Of a DNA stretch of 64,000 bases, positions 48,914 through 56,457 are shown piece after piece (position 1 is the stretch's first letter; every line of letters starts with the position of its first letter). The stretch is taken from assembly GCA_016932315.1 (NCBI GenBank), contig JAFGDD010000004.1, positions 35,457 through 99,456 of the forward strand, given 5' to 3'. The notes beneath the pieces are model-generated. The model was given only the letters and a program-made list of their open reading frames with translations. It had not been told where the DNA came from and did no database searches. Source of the DNA: Candidatus Woesearchaeota archaeon. GTDB lineage: Archaea > Nanobdellota > Nanobdellia > Woesearchaeales > SM23-78. A program made the position numbers and the translations under genes.

Positions 48914-51900
48914 CTATTCTTCTGGGTTTCTGAGAAGTGTTAGCGTATTCCAAGCGCCTGCTGGCGGATTCTTAAGTGAGACGCTAACAACATTGGCTTG
49001 TGATGATTCGCTAATGTTCAAAAAGCTCAGCTCAGAAACTGAAAATCCTGTGTAGTTGAAAGAGTAGAACCATGCTGGCTGGGCAGAAGCTTTGCAAGCA
49101 TTCTCTCCTACTCCAAATATCTTCTTGTTATTCAGATTGGTTGCATACAGCTTATTAAAGAGCTGAAGCCCCTCTAGATTGCTTTGAAGAGAAGCGGGTT
49201 TTGGGCAAAGCCAGCCCATCCAGCTCAGCCAAGAAGGCAAGCTAGAGCAAACACCATTCCATAATGAAGGAGTTAATTCATTAATTTTTTGATCACTAAA
49301 AACAATCATTTTTGATTTGCTGTCATAATAGAGCTTCAGATAAGCATTATCTACGCACAAAGTAAAGCCGGGCTCGTTCAAACATTCAGGCTTAAAGTTA
49401 AATTTAGCTCCAGGATATGATTGGAGGAAATTTTGCTCAACAGTTGTTATGAAATCAGTGTGATTAGTAGCATTGTAAAACTGCTGATTAATGGTTGTGC
49501 CTATTATTCTTTGACCATTGAGGTTTAAGACACAATAATTATTGGTTTTGCCGGCTGCAAAAGGCAAGTCAATCAGCACATCCTCCTTTGTTCCGCACGT
49601 TAAAGTGAATTTGTCTGTGTTTTTTGTCAGAGAAACGAGTTCCATTGCCAAAAGCTTAGTTCTGCTCGTCCAATTTCCGCTCTGGCAAAGACTGTCTTTA
49701 ATGTATTGGGTGTTATTGATGCATTGCGGGTTGCCATCGACGTTGCCGTTATCAGCGGGATTGCCTGCGATATTATACAAGCATTGCGTGGCATTGGAAC
49801 AGAAGCCAGCATAACAGCCATTAGGCGTCTTCTGACCAGCACCCATTATATTAACCCACATTCCTTGCAAACACTTATAGATTGCGGTCTCATTAACCTT
49901 ATACTGAGCATTATAGGCTAATTGCTCAGCAATACAAGCACCGATCCCGCCGCCAGCAGTCGGATCCCAGCACTGATTAGGCAAGCAACAACTAGCATTT
50001 CTCAAGTTATTATTGCTGGTTACATTCTTGAAATAATCCATCAAAGGCTTCGGGACCTCTGATTTGTGGGATAAGTTCTCATAAGTTTGAGTCCAAGCGC
50101 CACTAACATAAGAGCAATAATAATCCCCCCTAGGGGTGTTTAATATAGTGCAATAATCAGAACGCTCAATCAAAGCTCCTTTTGCAGTTAAACCTCTGCC
50201 TGTTCCGGGGTCTGGCCAATCAGTAACAGCCTTTAGGCATTGCCTGCTCAGACGCTGGCTATAATCGCAGAAATCATTGGCGTGAGTGATAGGAGAGACG
50301 CATTGCCTGCACTCGCTAGGCCTATCTTTATCAGCCTTATAACAGGTAACTCCTACGTATTGGTCTTCTTTACAAACATCGCTACAGAATTCCCTTGCTG
50401 CAGCGCACCATGCATTTTCACAATCCTTATAAGGATTAGCATCGGACGACAATGGCAAGAAGAAATTGCATTTTGAAGCGTCACAACCAGGATTGTCTGG
50501 TTCACAATTATTAATGCATTGAGGCTGGCAACCCCACTTATCTGGTTCACAAGCATAGCTAGAGCAAGCCTCAATAATGCATTCCTTCACACAATTGCTC
50601 ATCTCAGTAGGACCAACAATAGGCTCGTCACGAGGATCTTCCTCGAATGCTGCTCCAGTTATCTCAATTAAGTTATTATTAATATATTCGGGTAATGATG
50701 AGGATTGAGATGAAGAAAAAGTAACAGGATCTAAACCGCAACCATAGAACTTGCCGTTCTGAACATAAACTTCATTATAAGTATAGGCTGTGCCACTGCT
50801 TCCTTTGTAGAGCAAGAAGTTATTGTTAGGCTGGAACTGACCCTTAAAACAGGCACCTGATGTGCTGCCATAATCATTATATGACTCATTACCCCAAGGT
50901 GTAAAATCCTCTTTTTCAGAGCAGCAATAAGTTCCAGTGGCCTTTAAACCGGCTTTGGTACAAGCATTCTGCAAAGTAGGGCCGTCAAGATTAGAACTAA
51001 AAGTCCCATCATCCAAACAATAAAGAGTTTTATTATTCATTACAATATACTGGCCGGGATTAAGTGTTTTAGTCACACTAGAATCCCTGCTTCCAGGAAT
51101 ATCGGTGCATCCCTTAATTCCACAGCAAATGGCAATCTTGGCTCGCGAGGAGTCTAATCCTGGTTTTTTTGTTTGGCTGTAATCAGTATAACATATATAA
51201 TTATGATCACTAACATTGCCCATGATTGAACCATTAGCAATCACGTAGTCTAAAGCGTATAACCCTGCTTGCCAACCATCGTCCTGCTGACCTGGTACGC
51301 AAAGCTGGGCATGAGTTAATCCATCCATCGCGCCATATACATAAATGCCATGAGCATTAGGTGAAGGAGAAATGAGTTTTTTGCCAGGGCAAGGGATAAG
51401 AGCGTCATTCACCACGCTCACATCACGCCCACTTTTGTACTCCTCCCATTCCAGAATTGGCGCCGGGCAAAAAGCACTCGAATCTGTTCCTTTTGTAAAT
51501 TCCATGTTCTTAAAAGACAAGCCTCTGGCTCCTGTACTTATGAGACTTGCAAAACCAAAAGGACTATCGCCAGTACAAACAAGATAACCGCCAAGAGAAG
51601 CAGTATTGAAACGATTACTATCAGTAGTAGCGTGCAAACCACAACCAGGCTCTAAAGCCGCACCCACAACAGAGCCATGAACTCTCACAGAAGCGCCCTG
51701 ATAATAACCAGCAGGGCAAGAGTACTGCCAGCTGCCTGTTGACTTCCAAGTAGTGCTGCCCTCCGAAGCACCACCATAAGCAAGTACTTTTGTAAGAATC
51801 TCAGGATTCCTGTTAGGATCAACTTCAAATAATTTTAAACATCCATCAGTGTCATAATCAACAATGTGGGTAATGTAGTCATCATACTTGTCCTCATCAA

Positions 51901-53506
51901 TGCACTTAACAAATTCGCCGCCCATATTAACTATTGGGAAAGAGTTAAAGCAGCCTGCAGTTTTGAAAACCTCGCCTGATTTAGTCTCATCAGAAGCCAA
52001 GTGCCAGCTTGTTCCATCACAAATCTTAGTGGTATCACAAACAGCTTTGCCATCAGAACGGCATTTATTATTGCCGCAACAACCAACCCCTTCTGTAAAG
52101 GTTCCTCCTGCAGCAGCGCAGGCAATAGGGTTAGTGTCAACAGCATCATAAGAGAAAGCAGGAGTATAACCAGCAGCCTCAATATTGGCCTTGCAACCAG
52201 TAGCAGGATCACAAGTTACATCATAAGGCTGATAATAAGGATTAGTGTTAGAATGCAAGTCCCTATAAGCTTTTGCAGAATCAGCAGCGCCATCATTATT
52301 AATCCCAACACAAACCTTATTCACGCAAAAAGGAGTGTCTGCCTTACAGAATCCTCCTTCTGTTCCAGTAAAGTACTTGTGAGTGCCACCATCAGTAAAT
52401 CCACAGCCACCGCAATTAAAAGGGTCAATGGTCTTATCAACACAAGTATTTCCAAAGGTTACCGTCCCCACGCCCTCAATGGCAACCGCAGAAGTGGTTG
52501 AAACTGTGACTTCTTGATTAGGCAATACATAAGGATAAACAGAGCCATCAGGCATTAAAGGAACAGGGCACCAAGCACAATTGGAAGCAGCTCCTTCTAT
52601 AGTGCAAAGTTCAGGAGTATCACGCAAATTACAAGGAGGCGAGCAAGTATCTGTGTAATTTACACAAAGAGTCACGCCTTTGAAACCATTAATTCCGTCT
52701 TTCAATATTATTGATGAGCTACCAGTATCATAAGTAAATGTTTGTTTAACAAAGCCATCAGGACACTTTAAATCACACATAGGGATGAGTCCCACGAAAG
52801 GGCATGTATCCGATAATAAAGTTACATTATTCACACCTTTATTTCCTGTTTTCGTGCTGCAAAAACGATAACAAATATTGGAATAGCCTATTGATCCTTC
52901 CTCATCCCAACCTGAAACGCCAGAAGGATTACAAGAAGGAGCGTTACAGGTGCCTCCATTAGGATACGGGTTCCAAGTTAATTTTAGGTCCTTCATTTCG
53001 TTCTGATAACCCTTCTTATAACAAATTCGCCATTGATTAACATCATCTGAACTTCCCGCGTCTATCCACCCCTCAGGACAAGAAGTTGTAAACATATGAA
53101 TATCATTAATACAACCAAAAGAAGATGCTGGCGGGGTTTCTGAAGATGGGCAACAGGCATTACAATCTCCATCTGCGACACTAGAGCAAGCTTTTTCTGT
53201 GAATGTTTCGTCTGATTTAGTACAACAAACCATATCTATATTACATACAGGATTACAATTACCCCCTGGATTCCATCCATTTTTAACATCGCAAGCAATT
53301 TGGCATTGTGCTTGCTCATCAGAATAGTAATCACAACACTTTGCACAATCGCCGGAATTATCCAAACAACCGCCACAAACAAAGGAGTTTGTTCCAGAAC
53401 ACGTTCCTAACACTAAATCAATAGATGTTAATAGCAATGCTGATGCAAAAACAAAAAAAAGTAAAGAAAAAAATTTCTTGTTACTATTGAAAATCATGAA
53501 CTCCAC
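48914..53506 (-). CDS. Giant secreted Cys-rich protein (1530 aa)
   Basis: Signal peptide and very high Cys content with many CC and CxxC pairs; no family recognised. Confidence 0.82.
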   Translation of the reverse strand: MEFMIFNSNKKFFSLLFFVFASALLLTSIDLVLGTCSGTNSFVCGGCLDNSGDCAKCCDYYSDEQAQCQIACDVKNGWNPGGNCNPVCNIDMVCCTKSDETFTEKACSSVADGDCNACCPSSETPPASSFGCINDIHMFTTSCPEGWIDAGSSDDVNQWRICYKKGYQNEMKDLKLTWNPYPNGGTCNAPSCNPSGVSGWDEEGSIGYSNICYRFCSTKTGNKGVNNVTLLSDTCPFVGLIPMCDLKCPDGFVKQTFTYDTGSSSIILKDGINGFKGVTLCVNYTDTCSPPCNLRDTPELCTIEGAASNCAWCPVPLMPDGSVYPYVLPNQEVTVSTTSAVAIEGVGTVTFGNTCVDKTIDPFNCGGCGFTDGGTHKYFTGTEGGFCKADTPFCVNKVCVGINNDGAADSAKAYRDLHSNTNPYYQPYDVTCDPATGCKANIEAAGYTPAFSYDAVDTNPIACAAAGGTFTEGVGCCGNNKCRSDGKAVCDTTKICDGTSWHLASDETKSGEVFKTAGCFNSFPIVNMGGEFVKCIDEDKYDDYITHIVDYDTDGCLKLFEVDPNRNPEILTKVLAYGGASEGSTTWKSTGSWQYSCPAGYYQGASVRVHGSVVGAALEPGCGLHATTDSNRFNTASLGGYLVCTGDSPFGFASLISTGARGLSFKNMEFTKGTDSSAFCPAPILEWEEYKSGRDVSVVNDALIPCPGKKLISPSPNAHGIYVYGAMDGLTHAQLCVPGQQDDGWQAGLYALDYVIANGSIMGNVSDHNYICYTDYSQTKKPGLDSSRAKIAICCGIKGCTDIPGSRDSSVTKTLNPGQYIVMNNKTLYCLDDGTFSSNLDGPTLQNACTKAGLKATGTYCCSEKEDFTPWGNESYNDYGSTSGACFKGQFQPNNNFLLYKGSSGTAYTYNEVYVQNGKFYGCGLDPVTFSSSQSSSLPEYINNNLIEITGAAFEEDPRDEPIVGPTEMSNCVKECIIEACSSYACEPDKWGCQPQCINNCEPDNPGCDASKCNFFLPLSSDANPYKDCENAWCAAAREFCSDVCKEDQYVGVTCYKADKDRPSECRQCVSPITHANDFCDYSQRLSRQCLKAVTDWPDPGTGRGLTAKGALIERSDYCTILNTPRGDYYCSYVSGAWTQTYENLSHKSEVPKPLMDYFKNVTSNNNLRNASCCLPNQCWDPTAGGGIGACIAEQLAYNAQYKVNETAIYKCLQGMWVNIMGAGQKTPNGCYAGFCSNATQCLYNIAGNPADNGNVDGNPQCINNTQYIKDSLCQSGNWTSRTKLLAMELVSLTKNTDKFTLTCGTKEDVLIDLPFAAGKTNNYCVLNLNGQRIIGTTINQQFYNATNHTDFITTVEQNFLQSYPGAKFNFKPECLNEPGFTLCVDNAYLKLYYDSKSKMIVFSDQKINELTPSLWNGVCSSLPSWLSWMGWLCPKPASLQSNLEGLQLFNKLYATNLNNKKIFGVGENACKASAQPAWFYSFNYTGFSVSELSFLNISESSQANVVSVSLKNPPAGAWNTLTLLRNPEE

Positions 53507-53589
53507 CCTCTCTTTTAGTTTATTTTATAGCTTCTTGATAGTCACGCTTATTTATATTTTTCTACTTTAAAGAAAATCATAAGAAAATA

Positions 53590-54420
53590 TTATTTAATCA
53601 ATAGATATTTCTTCATTTCATCCTGAATTTCTTCCTCTGAGAATGCTATCAGGGGCATTAATATGAACATATTAATAGGGTGTTGCTTTATGTTGGTGAG
53701 TGTGTCTGAGGTAATGATTGCTTTGCAGTCAAGTTTCTTTGCTATTTCGTCTATTTCAGGAATTTTTTTTATTTTATGAAGAATTAATTTATAAGGGCAA
53801 AATTCTTGTAATAAGGAATAATTTGTGTCTGAAGAAGCCACTAATTCAACTGCGCATCCTCTCCTCATAATCAGGAGCGCTGCTAGGATTGACTTCTCAT
53901 CAGAAACTAACGCTAACACCTTGCCTTCAACGCCCGCGGGCAATCCTCCAAAGCAATTAATGGTTTTTGTGAATAAGAATGCTTCATCATCAATTATTTC
54001 AACACATATATCAAGATCTGGCTTTTCCAAGTCCACTTTCCAGCCTTTCTTCTGCACTATAAATGCTCCTATTTGCTTGTTAAGCTCCAAGGAGGAAGAG
54101 AAGCGTTCTTTGGTTAGTCTTCTGGCACTTATCTTGAAACTGGTGGTTTTCTCGTGGTTTTCAGCTTGTTTTAAGGCTTCTGAACAAATTGCTTTAATCT
54201 CAGCGCTGGTTTTGGTGCAGGGGCTGTAGGAAACATTTCCAAAAACTCTGCGAAAATCAAGCTCATGCTCTGCTTCAACTAATAATCTGCCTGGAAGCTG
54301 TTTTATTCTTGGCTTGAAAGCTGAAAGCTGGCTTCGGATGTTAGTCATGAGCCTTTTCTCAAACTCTGACCTATTCTTGCCTTTCAGTGCAATTTCTGCG
54401 TATCGCACAAGGTAAATCAT
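53590..54420 (-). CDS. ThiI-like THUMP-domain protein with a degenerate PP-loop
   Basis: VRYAEIALKGKNR..FE, THUMP domain and GGLPAGVEGKVLAL. SDEKS stands where ThiI has SGGxDS; only 276 aa. Confidence 0.8.
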   Translation of the reverse strand: MIYLVRYAEIALKGKNRSEFEKRLMTNIRSQLSAFKPRIKQLPGRLLVEAEHELDFRRVFGNVSYSPCTKTSAEIKAICSEALKQAENHEKTTSFKISARRLTKERFSSSLELNKQIGAFIVQKKGWKVDLEKPDLDICVEIIDDEAFLFTKTINCFGGLPAGVEGKVLALVSDEKSILAALLIMRRGCAVELVASSDTNYSLLQEFCPYKLILHKIKKIPEIDEIAKKLDCKAIITSDTLTNIKQHPINMFILMPLIAFSEEEIQDEMKKYLLIK

Positions 54421-54508
54421 TTTTCAAAGCAAGAAAAAAAATTGTGTTTATTAATTTATTTAAAATTTTTAACAAAAAAAACTAGAGAGCTTCAAAAATT
54501 GAAATAAA

Positions 54509-54562
54509 GCCCGTTATAACGTGTTATAACGCATTATAACGCCCGTTATAACGTGTTATAAT
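54509..54562. repeat. Array of five GTTATAAC-type palindromes (iteron-like)
   Basis: Cores start at 54513, 54523, 54533 (ATTATAAC), 54545 and 54555 (GTTATAAT). A 21-bp direct repeat GCCCGTTATAACGTGTTATAA occurs at 54509 and 54541. Confidence 0.9.
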
Positions 54563-54575
54563 GTTTAGAATTTTT

Positions 54576-55256
54576 TTAGAGGTTATAAAGTTTTTTAACT
54601 TTGGCTTTGTGTCTGAGGCTAAAAAGTTTAACGCCGTTTGGAAGAGTGCTTTCATCAATAAAACCTTTGAATTTGAGCTGGTTCATATAGACGCGAATAG
54701 TGCTCAAAGTCTTTCCAGTGCGTTCTGCTATCTGATTATATGACAAAGGGTTTTCTGCATTGAATAAAACCCCTACAAGCCATTTCTCTGGATTAGAGAG
54801 GGTATCATAAAAAGGCTCAGGCATTATGGCTTTAACATTATTAACATTAGAAATATTAGTTTCCTTGGGTTTTTGCCTTGTTTCATTCATAAAAACCTCG
54901 ACTTCCTTTAAAATCTCTTTTTTTATGGTCTGAGCATCCTTAATGTTCTTGGTATATGCCTCTTTGAAGAGGTTGAGAGAGGCTGTACTTAAAGCTTCAA
55001 ACTCTTCATCCAGTTTCTTCTCTAAAACCTTCAGGTCCTGATCCAACCGTCTAATTGAACCATCAAAGTGTTTTATCCAGTCAGCAATTCTTTGGTGATT
55101 AAGAAAAGTTGTCTGCTTAAAACCATGATGATTTATGTAAAGCTCTTCCAAAAGCTTTTTTTGCGACGAGAAATCTTCCCTTATCTTGGCAAATGCATCT
55201 GTTAGTCCTGAGTTCATCTGCTCGAGCCTAATTCTCTTTCTAATCCAACCCAACAT
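54576..55256 (-). CDS. Hypothetical DNA-binding protein: N-terminal coiled-coil plus C-terminal winged HTH
   Basis: LSNPEKWLVGVLF..PLSYNQIAERTGKTLSTIRVYMNQLKFKG..GVKLFSL; helical heptads in the N-terminal part. Confidence 0.8.
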   Translation of the reverse strand: MLGWIRKRIRLEQMNSGLTDAFAKIREDFSSQKKLLEELYINHHGFKQTTFLNHQRIADWIKHFDGSIRRLDQDLKVLEKKLDEEFEALSTASLNLFKEAYTKNIKDAQTIKKEILKEVEVFMNETRQKPKETNISNVNNVKAIMPEPFYDTLSNPEKWLVGVLFNAENPLSYNQIAERTGKTLSTIRVYMNQLKFKGFIDESTLPNGVKLFSLRHKAKVKKLYNL

Positions 55257-55591
55257 CCTCTTTTCCTCGTTTCCTGTTTTATTTTTTTCTTTGTGTATTT
55301 ATAAATTTTTTTAAGTCACAAAAACTACTCAAACAAAAAAAACAAGCAAAAAAAAGGTTAAAATGAGCTTTTCTCCAGTGGAAATGATGGGGTGTGCCGT
55401 GAATTAAGACTTTTCAATCTTGGTTCAACACGTTCAGAAGCCTTAAAAAAAAGGTTTTCAAAGGAAATCAAGGAGGCTTATGTTCTGAAACATAATCTTT
55501 GCAGGATAAAAGCATTTATAAATAGCTTATAATTCCGTCCTTTATAAATGGTTTATAAAGTTCTCGACTAAGAGGACAAAGGGGGATTCAT

Positions 55592-56299
55592 ATGGCAAAG
55601 AAGAAAGTAAAAGCAACGAAGAAAAAAATTCTCAAGAAAACAATAAAGAAAAAAATTAAGACGGCGCCTAGAATAAAAAAAGTAAAGAAAATTAGGGACG
55701 CCAAGAAGAAAAAGCTTGTAAGTAAGGCTATTAAAACTAGCCCTGAGAAATATGCTGATGCTGGCCCGAGAGATATTCGTGTAGTTAATATTGTTGTATC
55801 AACTAGTTTGGAACATGATATCCCTTTAGAAAAAATGGCTGCTACTCTAAGCAATACTGAATACAACCCAGAACAATTCCCTGGTTTGGTTATCAGGATT
55901 AAGGATCCTAAGACCTCTGCATTAATCTTTAGCTCTGGCAAGGTGGTTTGCACAGGAGCTAGGAGCATGGAAAAAGTGCATGAGAGCATTGAGAGAATTA
56001 TTGAAAGCCTGAAGAAAATAGGAATAAAGATTACTATTACACCAAAAATTAATATTCAAAATATTGTGGCGAGCGGCAACATAGGCATGGACCTGAACCT
56101 TAATGTTTTAGCCATGAAACTTGACAATACAGAGTATGAGCCAGAACAATTTCCGGGCTTAGTTTACAAACTAATGGAAGCCAAGGCAACATTCTTGTTG
56201 TTCAGCAACGGAAAGGTAGTATGCACAGGCACCAAGTCAGAGCAAGAAGTGCATGCTGCTCTGGATAAACTAGTGGAAACCCTGAAAGCAGTAAAATAA
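55592..56299 (+). CDS. tbp: TATA-box binding protein with a Lys-rich N-terminal extension
   Basis: Two repeats NIV.S..EY.PEQFPGLV..F.SGKVVCTG/FSNGKVVCTG. Confidence 0.97.
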   Translation: MAKKKVKATKKKILKKTIKKKIKTAPRIKKVKKIRDAKKKKLVSKAIKTSPEKYADAGPRDIRVVNIVVSTSLEHDIPLEKMAATLSNTEYNPEQFPGLVIRIKDPKTSALIFSSGKVVCTGARSMEKVHESIERIIESLKKIGIKITITPKINIQNIVASGNIGMDLNLNVLAMKLDNTEYEPEQFPGLVYKLMEAKATFLLFSNGKVVCTGTKSEQEVHAALDKLVETLKAVK

Positions 56300-56398
56300 C
56301 AAAAACTCGCTGCTCGCGCTCGTCCCTATCCTGAAGGGAGGATATTGCGGCACTCGCTTAACCGCAAGTTTTTGAATTGACAAGCTTCGCTTGTCAAT
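56300..56398. repeat. Structured intergenic element between tbp and mcm
   Basis: CAAAAACT/AGTTTTTG IR (56300-56374) encloses TATCCT/AGGATA and TTGCGG/CCGCAA stems. It is followed by the perfect hairpin ATTGACAAGC-TTC-GCTTGTCAAT (56376-56398). Confidence 0.6.
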
Positions 56399-56457
56399 AA
56401 ATTTTTATTAATTTTTTATTAGTTCGCATAATCGTAATATATTGTGGGTGGTGTTTT

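Noticed and set aside
40593-53506. Diversity-generating retroelement acting on the surface proteins
   Set aside because: No reverse transcriptase is present and I noticed no near-identical TR/VR nucleotide pair. The shared Cys domain is diverged at all positions.
54509-54562. CRISPR array
   Set aside because: The units are ~10 bp with no unique spacers, and no cas genes are present.
56300-56374. tRNA gene
   Set aside because: The length is similar, but there is no TTCRA T-loop, no D-loop GG and no proper anticodon arm.
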